From assembly GCA_963933605.1 (NCBI GenBank), contig CAWVVN010000001.1, forward strand, positions 29,879 to 93,878: a DNA stretch of 64,000 nt, given 5' to 3'. The position numbers and the translations under genes were made by a program. Source of the stretch: an uncultured Verrucomicrobiales bacterium. GTDB taxonomy: Bacteria > Verrucomicrobiota > Verrucomicrobiia > Verrucomicrobiales > Akkermansiaceae. Shown here piece by piece: positions 46,830-56,618 of the stretch (the first letter of the stretch is position 1; the number at the start of each line of letters is the position of its first letter). Below the pieces are notes generated by a model. That model ran no database searches and was not told the DNA's origin. It saw nothing but the letters and a program-made list of their open reading frames with translations.

Positions 46830-49538
46830 ATGAGCGAGGAAGCAAAAAACTACAAGGACACCCTTAGTCTGCCTGAGACTACCTTCCCCATGCGCGGGGA
46901 TTTGGTAAAAAATGAACCCAAGCGTCTTGAGCGCTGGAATGATCAGGGTCTTTACCAAAGCATTCAGAAACGCCGTAAGGATCAAGGCGCGCCACGCTTT
47001 ATTCTTCATGATGGGCCTCCCTTTGCGAATGGTGATGTGCATATGGGCACAGCCTTGAACAAGGTGCTCAAGGATCTGGTGTTGAAATCCAAGACAATGG
47101 CTGGATTTGAGACGCCTTATATTCCGGGTTGGGATTGTCACGGACTTCCCATTGAGTTCAAGGTGATGCAAGATGCAAGAAATGAGGAGCCAGCCGAGGT
47201 GCGCCGGCGTTGTTCCGAATTTGCCCGTGGCTTCATTGATATTCAGCGAGAGAGCTTTCGCCGCCTAGGAGTATTTGGTGACTGGGAGAATCCTTATTTG
47301 ACACTTGATCCCACCTATGAGGCCGACATCATCAGGACTTTTGGTAAGCTCGTTGAAATGGACGCTGTCTACCAGAGCCGCAAGCCTGTGCTTTGGAGTT
47401 ATGGCGCAGGAACGGCTCTTGCTGAGGCCGAGGTAGAGTATTTAGATAAAAAGAGCATGGCGGTGTACGTTCGCTTTGCTCTTAACGATGCCAGCGGTGA
47501 TCTTGCTGGGGCCTCTATGGTGATATGGACCACGACTCCATGGACTCTTCCCGCTAACCTCGGTATCGCTGTTCACGAGCAGTTCGAGTACGTATGTGGA
47601 ACTTTTGTGCATGAGGATGGGTGCAAGCAGAAGCTCATTGTGGCCAAGGATTTGCTCGATGATTTTGCAGGCAAGACGGGCTTTGTATTGAGTGAAACGC
47701 ATTCTGGCTTCAAGGGAGGTGAGTTGGAGGGAATGCAAGCATCTCATCCATTTCTGCCGCGCTCGGCGAAGATCATTTTGGCGAATTTTGTGACGACGGA
47801 GACAGGAACGGGTGCTGTTCATATCGCCCCGGGTCACGGTGCAGATGACTATGTGGCTGGTCAGCAGAACGACCTCGGCCTGTTGTCCCCAGTGGATGCC
47901 GATGGTAAATTTACAGCTGAATGTGGTCTGGATGAATTGGTAGGACAGCACGTTTTCAAAACCAACAAACGCATTACGGAAATCCTCAAAGAGGGCGGGG
48001 ACTTGCTCGGTAGTGAGCTCTACGAGCACCAATACCCACATTGCTGGCGGTCGAAGACACCGATTATTTTCCGTGCTGTTGAGCAATTCTTTATTTCGCT
48101 CAAAGACATACGAAGCAAAGCCTTGGAGGAAATTGACAAGGTCGAATGGTTGCCTAAATGGGGTCGTAACCGCATTTACGGCACGGTGGAGTCTAGGCCT
48201 GACTGGTGTATTTCACGACAGCGTACCTGGGGTGTGCCCTTGCCAGTGTTTTTTGATAAGGAGGGTGAAGCAATCATCAGCACGGAGCTGATTGCTAAAG
48301 TAGCGGATCTGGTTGAACGTGAAGGAACCAATATCTGGTTCGAGCTTGATGATGCAGAGCTAGCAGCGCGTCTAGGTTTGCCAGAGGGTTGCACCAAATG
48401 CCGCGATACGCTTGATGTCTGGATTGACTCTGGCTCAAGTCATGTTGCGGTTATGGATCGGCATCCGGAGCTTTCTACGCCTGCAGATCTTTATTTGGAG
48501 GCAACAGACCAGCACCGTGGGTGGTTCCAGAGTTCACTCATGCTCAGCATAGCAGCTCGTGGTGCGGCCCCATACAAGGCGGTCATGACCCACGGGTTTG
48601 TTGTTGATACTTCAGGCAAGAAAATATCCAAGTCAGGCAGCAAGCCGATTAATGCAAAGCATTATTACGATCAGTTCGGCTCAGATATCGTGCGCCTGTG
48701 GGCTGCATCGGTTGACTGGCAGACGGAGGTTCCTTTCTCAGACAAACTCTTCAAGCAAGTCACGGACCCGTATCGCCGTTTGCGCAATACCCTGCGTATT
48801 TTGTTGGGTAACATCAATGGCTTTGATGCGAGCACTCAGTCTGTTTCGAAGGAGGAAATGACTCTGCTTGATCGTTGGGTTCTTGAGCGTCTCAACGGAG
48901 TGATTTCAGAGTGCTGCAAGGCCTATGACGCCTATCAGTTCCGCAAGGTGTTCAATGAGATCAATCAATTTTGTGCTCATGAGCTCAGCGCACTCTATAT
49001 TGATATCACCAAAGATAGGATGTATTGTGACGCCCTAGATTCTAAGCGCCGTCTTGCAGCACAGACAGTCATGCACCGTGTGTTTGATGCAGTATGTCGT
49101 TTGATAGCGCCAATTCTCGCATTCACAGCGGATGAAGCTTGGGAACATGCGGGTAATGAAGGCAGCATTCATGAGCAGGATTTCCCCGTAGTAGACCCAG
49201 ATTTTCAATCTGGTGAAGCGGTAGCTCAGATTGATGTATTGTTGGAATTGCGAGCTGTCATTCAGACGGCGATCGAGAAGGAAGTTCAGGCTAAAGCGTT
49301 CAACAAAAATAATGAGGCGGATGTCACGGTGACCCTTCCCGAAAATCACCCTAGTCGAGAGCTTTTGACGAACAGAGATTTTGTCACCGAGTTTTTCATA
49401 CTGGCTGATCTCCAGCTAGAGCTTGGAACTGAAATCACAGCTAGGGCTAAGGCCACGGAGCACTCCATGTGTCCACGATGCCGTAGGTATGAGCCGCTTG
49501 TCACTGAGCTCTGTAGCCGATGCAGTGAGGTTGTCTAA
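46830..49538 (+). CDS. ileS: Isoleucine--tRNA ligase (IleRS1 type)
   Basis: HDGPPFANG, GWDCHGLP, WTTTPWTLPAN, GTGAVHIAPGHG, DWCISRQR, YLEATDQHRGWFQS and C-terminal CPRC...C..C. Confidence 0.97.
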   Translation: MSEEAKNYKDTLSLPETTFPMRGDLVKNEPKRLERWNDQGLYQSIQKRRKDQGAPRFILHDGPPFANGDVHMGTALNKVLKDLVLKSKTMAGFETPYIPGWDCHGLPIEFKVMQDARNEEPAEVRRRCSEFARGFIDIQRESFRRLGVFGDWENPYLTLDPTYEADIIRTFGKLVEMDAVYQSRKPVLWSYGAGTALAEAEVEYLDKKSMAVYVRFALNDASGDLAGASMVIWTTTPWTLPANLGIAVHEQFEYVCGTFVHEDGCKQKLIVAKDLLDDFAGKTGFVLSETHSGFKGGELEGMQASHPFLPRSAKIILANFVTTETGTGAVHIAPGHGADDYVAGQQNDLGLLSPVDADGKFTAECGLDELVGQHVFKTNKRITEILKEGGDLLGSELYEHQYPHCWRSKTPIIFRAVEQFFISLKDIRSKALEEIDKVEWLPKWGRNRIYGTVESRPDWCISRQRTWGVPLPVFFDKEGEAIISTELIAKVADLVEREGTNIWFELDDAELAARLGLPEGCTKCRDTLDVWIDSGSSHVAVMDRHPELSTPADLYLEATDQHRGWFQSSLMLSIAARGAAPYKAVMTHGFVVDTSGKKISKSGSKPINAKHYYDQFGSDIVRLWAASVDWQTEVPFSDKLFKQVTDPYRRLRNTLRILLGNINGFDASTQSVSKEEMTLLDRWVLERLNGVISECCKAYDAYQFRKVFNEINQFCAHELSALYIDITKDRMYCDALDSKRRLAAQTVMHRVFDAVCRLIAPILAFTADEAWEHAGNEGSIHEQDFPVVDPDFQSGEAVAQIDVLLELRAVIQTAIEKEVQAKAFNKNNEADVTVTLPENHPSRELLTNRDFVTEFFILADLQLELGTEITARAKATEHSMCPRCRRYEPLVTELCSRCSEVV

Positions 49539-49600
49539 ATGCGTCAGCCCTATTGATTGATACAGGCCGTCACCATGCCTCATACTAAAAGTAGCATCCG

Positions 49601-50251
49601 ATGAACAAGAATCTATCCAACGACAAATTGGTGAGGCAGCTGCTGTGGATCACCGTTCCGCTCTATATTCTGGATCAGATATCCAAGTGGTGGGTGGTCA
49701 TGAGCTTTAAGGTTCCTTTTGTACTTCATGAGGGAAACAAATATTTTGTCCAAGAGGATACACGCCCTGTGATTGAGGGGTTTTTCAACCTAGTGAGGCG
49801 TCACAATCAAGGAGTGGCATTTGGCATAGGCAATGGCACGGCTTGGGCTCCTGTTGTATTTCTTCTCGCGCTGGTCATCGCGCTTTTTCTGATTATGTTT
49901 TTTTGGAAAAGGGGCGCTTTTGAGGGCCCGTCACGCTGGTCTGCGCCTCTGCTTTTAGCCGGCATTCTCGGCAACTTAACGGATCGCTTGTTTCAAGGTT
50001 TTTGGCTGGAGGCATATTCAGATGCCGGCTTCTGGCAACGCCTTGGACAGGGCTACGTGGTTGATTTTCTTGATTTCAAGCTGCCGCTCTATGATAAAAT
50101 CATGCCCTCGAGTGGCGGCCACTGGCCGGCCTTTAATGTCGCAGACAGTTGTATTTCAGTCGCGGCAACGCTTTTGTTTTTGACAGCCATCATTGAGATT
50201 AAAAAAGAAATGGCTGAGAAAAAAGCGGCCAAGAATAAGCCGGTTCAATAA
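49601..50251 (+). CDS. lspA: Lipoprotein signal peptidase II
   Basis: LDQISK, HNQGVAFG, GILGNLTDR, VVDFLD and WPAFNVADSCI; follows ileS. Confidence 0.93.
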   Translation: MNKNLSNDKLVRQLLWITVPLYILDQISKWWVVMSFKVPFVLHEGNKYFVQEDTRPVIEGFFNLVRRHNQGVAFGIGNGTAWAPVVFLLALVIALFLIMFFWKRGAFEGPSRWSAPLLLAGILGNLTDRLFQGFWLEAYSDAGFWQRLGQGYVVDFLDFKLPLYDKIMPSSGGHWPAFNVADSCISVAATLLFLTAIIEIKKEMAEKKAAKNKPVQ

Positions 50252-50323
50252 ATGAAGGGATCCCTTCTTGATTATCAATTCAAGTCGATTAACATCAAGG
50301 TCGTGAAATGGGATAGGTTACCA

Positions 50324-51172
50324 ATGAATAGGCAACTCAAGGCTTATTGGAAAGTTGCCCTTGTTTGTTTGTGCGCCTTTTGGGTAAGCACCGTTATTCC
50401 CTGTCACGGGCAGCAGCAAAAAGCAGGTGGCGAATCAGCCAGTGAATCAGCCAGTGACATTACATTGCCACCGGATAATCAGGTTTTAGATCAGGCCAAT
50501 GTTTTCCTTGAGCACCCTGATGTCTTAGCCGAAATGGTAGGTCGGCTATCAAGGATGAAGGATGACTATGAATATCCTGTCTATCTCGCTGTTTATTACA
50601 ATGTGTTGGATGCCAGTCTTCGGGAGCGAGCCGATCAGCTTTACGAGTCATGGATTGGGGAATCAGGTCGTGGTATGGTCATCGTGTATCAGCTAGATCC
50701 AGTGGTCTATGGCAATAACCCGGCAATGGCGTATCACAAGGGGGACGGTTTGGATCCGAAGTTCGGAGATGGATCTTCCCCGATTCCTGAGAGGGATATG
50801 ATTGCCATGCTTACTAAGATTTCACCGCAGGTTGATAGTGATGCTCATGGGCACCACGCATCGATCAGCGCGCTCGTATTAGCTCTTGAGGCTGAAATAA
50901 CCCGTTATCATGATACTCCAGCTGCAAGCTGGAAAGATTCGGACAGCTTGATCATGATTGCTGTATTCTCAGGATTTGTGATTGCGATACCCTTGATCGG
51001 CATGCTGATACGACGCTTGTTATTGAACTCCAGTAATCAGGCCAGAAAAACGTATTATTTCCCCGATGTCCAGGTCGCCTACAGGCTTGGGGCTCCGTAT
51101 GGTGGTGGCTGGGTTAGTGAGAAGAGCTTTGCTCCACCTTCTCCACAGCAGTCAAACGTTTCCCCCGGTTAG
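50324..51172 (+). CDS. Exported/membrane hypothetical protein, TPM-domain-like
   Basis: Signal-like N-terminus, PPDNQVLDQANVF, one C-terminal TM and LGAPYGGG. Start moved to ATG 50324. Confidence 0.5.
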   Translation: MNRQLKAYWKVALVCLCAFWVSTVIPCHGQQQKAGGESASESASDITLPPDNQVLDQANVFLEHPDVLAEMVGRLSRMKDDYEYPVYLAVYYNVLDASLRERADQLYESWIGESGRGMVIVYQLDPVVYGNNPAMAYHKGDGLDPKFGDGSSPIPERDMIAMLTKISPQVDSDAHGHHASISALVLALEAEITRYHDTPAASWKDSDSLIMIAVFSGFVIAIPLIGMLIRRLLLNSSNQARKTYYFPDVQVAYRLGAPYGGGWVSEKSFAPPSPQQSNVSPG

Positions 51173-51668
51173 GAAAAAACATCGATAGACCGTAGACAAT
51201 GGGGTAGGCAAGGATGCTTAAAACAACTCCGCTAGCCAGGAAACCTACCACAAAGTCAGCAGGGCTACCCTCTACCCTGACTCCAAGAAAAGAAACTTCT
51301 GTGACTTTATCAAAAGGCAGAGGAATACGAACATGCTCGCGAATCCAATGACCAAAATTGATTTGCAGAGCGATAAGAGGGGGGTGGGTGAATGGATTGG
51401 TCACCCAGCAAGCAGCCATCGAGACTGGAATGTTGACCCTTGCCCTCATACTGGCAAGAGCAGCCAGTAGCATTTGAAAAGGTAGCGGGAGCATCGCGCA
51501 AAACAAACCGATGGATAGGGCTCCCGCGACGGTGTGTCTACATGGGTGCCAAAGTTCACGCTGGAATAGAGGTTTAATCAGAGCGGTGAGCCATGGGCGT
51601 TTTCTGATGTGAGGGTGGCGCAGATAGCGATAGGCTTTCCTAACTATTTTTAGGTATCTGCGCTTCAT
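51114..51668 (-). CDS. DUF2062 family membrane protein
   Basis: VAGALSIGLFCAMLP.PFQ and AACWVTNPFT. Confidence 0.8.
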   Translation of the reverse strand: MKRRYLKIVRKAYRYLRHPHIRKRPWLTALIKPLFQRELWHPCRHTVAGALSIGLFCAMLPLPFQMLLAALASMRARVNIPVSMAACWVTNPFTHPPLIALQINFGHWIREHVRIPLPFDKVTEVSFLGVRVEGSPADFVVGFLASGVVLSILAYPIVYGLSMFFPNRGKRLTAVEKVEQSSSH

Positions 51669-51793
51669 GGTAGAGAGAATGAGGGTGTGAGATGAGCTAA
51701 GCTCTTTTTGAAGTAAGGTTGCTCCACAAAGTGAATGTTTGAAATTAGTATAGATCGATGTGTTTGTATACCCAGCATGTTAGCACTGGGTAT

Positions 51794-51826
51794 AAAAAAC
51801 CCGCCACTGTGGTTCAGGGCGGGTTT
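51794..51826 (-). terminator. Rho-independent terminator downstream of the TIGR04073-like gene
   Basis: AAACCCGCC...GGCGGGTTT stem with an adjacent A6 run (T6 on the minus strand). Confidence 0.75.
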
Positions 51827-51871
51827 GTAAAAGAGATTACTTATGTTGTAATTGCGCGTTGAATGAAGCAA

Positions 51872-52300
51872 TTACCACTTCTGAGTGCGGCTGTGGTAAT
51901 AGCGGTCAAATCCCAAAGTGGGTGGAAATTCAGACAAACCATCGTGAGGATTCATTTCAATGCGGTGATCCTCGCCACATCGCTCATAAGGAGGTTTAAA
52001 GGTTCCTTTGTAAGTGGGGCAGTGGAACGTGAAGAGTTCGTAAAATCCATAACCGATGCGCTTGAATGCACGTCGGGATCCGTCCATTACGCCGTATGTC
52101 CAACCGGCTGAGGAGCCGTATTGCTCTGTCTTGCGTACCATCTGCTCTGGAACTTCGACAAGGCCATAGAGAATATTACTGACGGCACGACCCAGCTTGC
52201 GGGATGACGTATAAGTGGATCCAGGAGGGGCCTGGATATCTGCCATCACACCTGTACTGGTGACGACAAATGCTGTAAGGATGCAAAATGAACGTTTCAT
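51872..52300 (-). CDS. Exosortase system-associated protein, TIGR04073-like
   Basis: Signal peptide, then RKLGRAVSNILYGLVEVP...G...G..R...G.YELFTF. Confidence 0.65.
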   Translation of the reverse strand: MKRSFCILTAFVVTSTGVMADIQAPPGSTYTSSRKLGRAVSNILYGLVEVPEQMVRKTEQYGSSAGWTYGVMDGSRRAFKRIGYGFYELFTFHCPTYKGTFKPPYERCGEDHRIEMNPHDGLSEFPPTLGFDRYYHSRTQKW

Positions 52301-52400
52301 GATAAATTTATAATGCATCTATTTTTATAATCATGCAATGCGAAAATTGTTTTTTTCATTATCACAATAGCCTTATTTTGAACTGTTTGCATTTGATTCG

Positions 52401-54731
52401 CTATTGCTGATCGCTATTGCCGATTGCTTTTTCTACCTTGCGAATGGCTCGTTCCGCATAGTCGATAATTCGGTCACTCTCATCTTTGGTGAAGGGACTC
52501 AGTAGAGTAATCGACCATTCATATTGCTGCATGGCGAGTCCTCCGATGATGAAATTTTTCTCGTCATCGGTTTCCGCTGTATCGGCCAGTGCTTGCCATA
52601 CATTCTTCAGCTCATCAGAATCTCGTTCGCGATCGGTATTAAGAATTCCATCAATGGCTTTATAAGCATCCTTGCGCATCGTTTTGTTTTTCGGATTCTT
52701 TAAAAACTCAATAAGGATGGGTAGTTTTTCGTCACTCCCCAATTTGCCAAGTGCCGTAAGAGCCGCATTTTGATAGCTCGGGTTCCCTGAGTTGAGGGCA
52801 TCATTGATCGCCTCCTCTGCCAAATCATCACCCGTGGCCCCGAGGATACGCAGCATGGCGAGTTTGATGTTTTCATCCTGGGCACTCTCATAGGCCTCAT
52901 AAATATCGCTTTCATAGCTCGCCCCTTTGGAGGAGGCGCCAATGATTGAGAGCAAAGCTGTCTCTGCAGCTCGACGCACTGAGGGATATTCTGAATTCTT
53001 GACCATGCCGAGAAGCTCTTTGACATAATCGCCAGCTTTCGGGTCAGCGTGGCAGGACCGGATGGCGTAGATTGCGGCAGCGGCGGAATCTTCCTCGGAG
53101 CTTTCTTTGGCGTAATCAATAAGGGCCTGGAGGTTGTTGGGATTCGCCTGGAATCTGATGACATCCTTTAGAAGGCCAGAACGTATGCTGGACGGGCATT
53201 TTGCATCAAGGGTATGATTAAGGATGATGGTGGAGAGATCGTAGCCGCCATCAGCTTTTGCAAAACGCAGGACCTGCAGTATGAGTGGCTTCTGCTTGTT
53301 TTCTTGCATGCTAGTAGCCTCGTTGAGAATCCGTTTGAGCTCTTGCTCGGTCAAAAGAATGCCATCGAGTGCTAGTTTGCTTATGCCCTCATCGCTTTCA
53401 TCATCATTGAGAGTCTTCGCCTCTTTCATCACCTCATTGTAGAGATTATCAAGTTTGCGTTTTTCCATGTAAGTCCGGCCCAAAACACCCGCAAGGATGA
53501 CCACGGCTATGAGCATGCTGATGAGAGCCCATTTTGCACCATTGGAGATGGTCTTCTGTGCGCTTTCCATGCCCAGTGCTGAATCTCCTTGAATGGAGCC
53601 TCCGCCTTGAGCTGCGCTTGCAGGTTTTGTCATGGGCTGGGCCTTGATCTTAGCGGTTTTGGCGCCCTGTGCGTCAGCTTCTGTCGGCTCGTTGATCTTA
53701 ATAGTTGGTGGAGCTGCAGCCATTTTAACCGTTGGGGCGGCCATTTTAACCGTTGGTGCGGCCATTTTAACCGTTGGTGCAGCCATTTTAACCGTTGGTG
53801 CGGCTTGTGTAACGGGGTTAGCACTCGTCTTGGCAACTGGAGTTTGGTTGGTAAGAAGCTTAGCCGTGCGGACTGGATTGGTTGGCAGGGTGGCCGTCAT
53901 AGGCTGATTCTCCATAGCGAAGAAGCGTTCCAGCGCTTCACGTGCGTTGAAGGGTCTTTGGTCCACTTGACGCTCGATATGCCACATAATCCAATCAGCC
54001 CCCCACTGCGGAATGTCTTCCCTTAGTTCTTGGATCGGAGTGACGTGGTGCTGAAGGTGGCTGACCATGACCTCGGCGGCACTCTCTCCATCAAAAGGGT
54101 GTTTGCCGGTAAGTGCATAGTAAAAGAGGCAGCCGAGAGCGTACATATCGGTGCGCTGGTCCAGAGGCGCGCGTTCGAATTGCTCTGGGGCCATGAAGAA
54201 AATTGAGCCAAATACAGCATCGCCATGGTCAATGGTCTGCAAGGACGGAGATGATGAGAATTTAGCGAGTCCAAAGTCTACGATTTTAACCTGAAATTTT
54301 CCGGATGGCAGCCAGCATACCATGAGATTACTAGGCTTGAGATCACGGTGGATAAGATTCAGATTCTGCGCAGCGGCCAGTGCTTCTTCGGATTGTATGA
54401 TGATCTCGCGCAGGTCCTCCCAGGTGATTGTGTTTTCTTCAACCATCTCATCAAGAGTGCGGCCGTTGATGAGCTCCATGACCACGTAGGGACCATCGTC
54501 ATCTATTCCGGCATCATAGATCGTTACGATGTTTGGGTGCTGAATAGAGGAGAGAGCAGTAGCTTCTTTGAGGAGGTTTTTGGTGGCTTCCTCTTGACCC
54601 TCGTGTCCTCCGTCGGCGAGCACGCGTTTGATGGCAACTTCTCTGTTTAACTGCGTATCGAAAGCTCGATAAACAGATCCAACACCCCCTTGGCCAATTT
54701 TCCCTTTAATTTCGTATCGCTCTTTACTCAT
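52401..54731 (-). CDS. Hanks-type Ser/Thr protein kinase with TM and C-terminal HEAT-like repeats
   Basis: IGQGGVGSVY, VAIK, IHRDLKPSN, DFGLAK and MAPE; a TM near residue 410; helical repeats such as VRRAAETALL and QNAALTALGKLG. Confidence 0.92.
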   Translation of the reverse strand: MSKERYEIKGKIGQGGVGSVYRAFDTQLNREVAIKRVLADGGHEGQEEATKNLLKEATALSSIQHPNIVTIYDAGIDDDGPYVVMELINGRTLDEMVEENTITWEDLREIIIQSEEALAAAQNLNLIHRDLKPSNLMVCWLPSGKFQVKIVDFGLAKFSSSPSLQTIDHGDAVFGSIFFMAPEQFERAPLDQRTDMYALGCLFYYALTGKHPFDGESAAEVMVSHLQHHVTPIQELREDIPQWGADWIMWHIERQVDQRPFNAREALERFFAMENQPMTATLPTNPVRTAKLLTNQTPVAKTSANPVTQAAPTVKMAAPTVKMAAPTVKMAAPTVKMAAAPPTIKINEPTEADAQGAKTAKIKAQPMTKPASAAQGGGSIQGDSALGMESAQKTISNGAKWALISMLIAVVILAGVLGRTYMEKRKLDNLYNEVMKEAKTLNDDESDEGISKLALDGILLTEQELKRILNEATSMQENKQKPLILQVLRFAKADGGYDLSTIILNHTLDAKCPSSIRSGLLKDVIRFQANPNNLQALIDYAKESSEEDSAAAAIYAIRSCHADPKAGDYVKELLGMVKNSEYPSVRRAAETALLSIIGASSKGASYESDIYEAYESAQDENIKLAMLRILGATGDDLAEEAINDALNSGNPSYQNAALTALGKLGSDEKLPILIEFLKNPKNKTMRKDAYKAIDGILNTDRERDSDELKNVWQALADTAETDDEKNFIIGGLAMQQYEWSITLLSPFTKDESDRIIDYAERAIRKVEKAIGNSDQQ
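53719..53802. repeat. Four 21-bp tandem repeats (GCCATTTTAACCGTTGGtGCg) encoding (AAPTVKM)x4 in the kinase linker
   Basis: Read directly; copies start at 53719, 53740, 53761 and 53782. Confidence 0.95.
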
Positions 54732-54904
54732 AGACGTTCAGTAAACCTATATCTTAGGTTCTTAGGTTTCGGCAAAACAAGCGGTGGTGCAATCATCAAT
54801 TTCATTATTAAAATAAATCATCGCCGAAGAACTCTGGTAACACCATGTGTCATGGCTGCAAGTTTCGGTTGCGCATCAACTAGAGCTAAGGGATAGTCGG
54901 CCTA

Positions 54905-56581
54905 ATGAGCGACAAAAAAGACAAGGATTTACCAGATCCAGACGAGCTGCAGAAGATGCTCAAGGACATGTTTGGTAAGATGGGTGCCTCGGTGACGATG
55001 CCCGGTTTTTCTCAGGATGATATGACCACGCAATCTCAGGGGGATTCGAGTGAGCCTCGAGAGGTGAAGCGAGCCGATGAAATTTTTGATTTTAATTACA
55101 AACCGCGCGACATCAAAGCTCATCTTGATCGTTTTGTGATTCGTCAAGACGAGGCTAAAAAGGCTCTCTCTATTGCGGTATGTGACCATTACAACCATGC
55201 CAAGTTCATGCGTTCTTACGAGCAAGAGCATGGTAAAACTCCTGATGGGATCGAGTATCAGAAGCAGAATGTGATTGTGGTTGGTCCAACGGGTGTAGGA
55301 AAAACCTATCTCGTGAAGCATATCGCCGAAATGATGGGCGTTCCATTCGTGAAAGCGGACGCCACTAAATTTTCAGAGACAGGTTATGTCGGTGGCGATG
55401 TTGATGACCTTGTTCGGGAACTGGTTCAAAAAGCAGAGGGTGATATGGAGCTGGCGGAGTATGGCATTATTTATATCGATGAAATCGACAAGCTTGCCAG
55501 CAGTGGCGGCAATAGCATGGGTAGAGACGTCAGCGGGCGTGGCGTTCAGACCACCTTGCTTAAGCTGATGGAGGAAACTCAGGTGGCGGCAAGAAATCCC
55601 AATGATATGAAAGGCCAAATGATGGCGATGATGGATATGCAGAATGGTGGTGATGGCGGCAAGGATACCATTAACACTAGGCACATTCTTTTCATTGTCA
55701 GTGGCGCGTTTTCAGGGCTTGAAAAAGTGGTTAAAAAGCGCCTCCGTTCCGGGCAGATTGGATTCGGGGCAGAGGTGGCTGAACCTCTGCATGAGGGTGA
55801 ATTGTTCAGTGAGGTCAATACCCAGGACTTTATTGATTATGGCTTTGAGGCTGAATTCATCGGCAGATTGCCCGTGCGTGTGGTTTGTGAAAAATTGGAG
55901 GCCAAGGATTTTGTCAATATCATGCAAAATTCAGAAGGTAGTTTGTTACGCCAGTATGAGCGCGAATTTGCTGCCTATGGTATTCAAGCTCGCTTTGAGG
56001 ATTCAGCAATCGAGCGCATTGCAGAGCGTGCGGAGACCGAGAATACCGGTGCCAGGGCTTTGATGACTGTTTGTGAAAGCTTGTTGCGCGATTTTAAATT
56101 CGAGCTGCCGGGCACGGCGGTCAGTGAGTTGACGATTGATGCGGATCTGATTGATAAACACGATGAGGTGTTGGCGAAGTATCGGGAGCTAGGAAAGCGG
56201 GGGGATGTAGCCAAGACAAAGGAGGAGGTAGTGCTTTATTGCCGTGAATTTCACGAACAGCACGAGATCAAAATCGTCTTCACCGACGAAGCCATAGAGT
56301 TTCTTGGTGCAGAAGCAGCGAAGCAGGCGCGTAGTGCTTTGCAGATTTGTCAGCAGCGTTTTAAAGATTATCAGTTTGGTTTGAATCTGATTCAGAAAAA
56401 CACGGGTAGGCGTGAGTTTGAACTAGGCATTGAGGCGGTGGCGGATGCCGACGCATTCTTGAGTGAGTGTATCGTGCAATCCTATAAAGATGTCGCCGAG
56501 CGAGCTGATAAGGATGCAGATAGTAGTAGTGATAGTGGTGCCGGAATTGGTGATGGCAAAAATGGTGTTGATGATATTTGA
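54905..56581 (+). CDS. ClpX-like AAA+ ATPase (atypical: no N-terminal Zn-binding domain, C-terminal extension)
   Basis: FVIRQDEAKKALSIAVCDHY, GPTGVGKT, GYVGGDV, IYIDEIDK, DVSGRGVQ, IGF loop, EFIGRLP and TGARAL. Confidence 0.85.
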   Translation: MSDKKDKDLPDPDELQKMLKDMFGKMGASVTMPGFSQDDMTTQSQGDSSEPREVKRADEIFDFNYKPRDIKAHLDRFVIRQDEAKKALSIAVCDHYNHAKFMRSYEQEHGKTPDGIEYQKQNVIVVGPTGVGKTYLVKHIAEMMGVPFVKADATKFSETGYVGGDVDDLVRELVQKAEGDMELAEYGIIYIDEIDKLASSGGNSMGRDVSGRGVQTTLLKLMEETQVAARNPNDMKGQMMAMMDMQNGGDGGKDTINTRHILFIVSGAFSGLEKVVKKRLRSGQIGFGAEVAEPLHEGELFSEVNTQDFIDYGFEAEFIGRLPVRVVCEKLEAKDFVNIMQNSEGSLLRQYEREFAAYGIQARFEDSAIERIAERAETENTGARALMTVCESLLRDFKFELPGTAVSELTIDADLIDKHDEVLAKYRELGKRGDVAKTKEEVVLYCREFHEQHEIKIVFTDEAIEFLGAEAAKQARSALQICQQRFKDYQFGLNLIQKNTGRREFELGIEAVADADAFLSECIVQSYKDVAERADKDADSSSDSGAGIGDGKNGVDDI

Positions 56582-56618
56582 TCTTCTTTGAAGAATCTCA
56601 GGCATCTACAGCCCAGCT

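Noticed and set aside
51114-51172. Convergent 3' overlaps (59 bp here; 27 bp for malQ/coaB; abutting recR/oppC) as antisense regulation
   Set aside because: Short tail-to-tail overlaps are common in compact genomes and nothing else supports a function.
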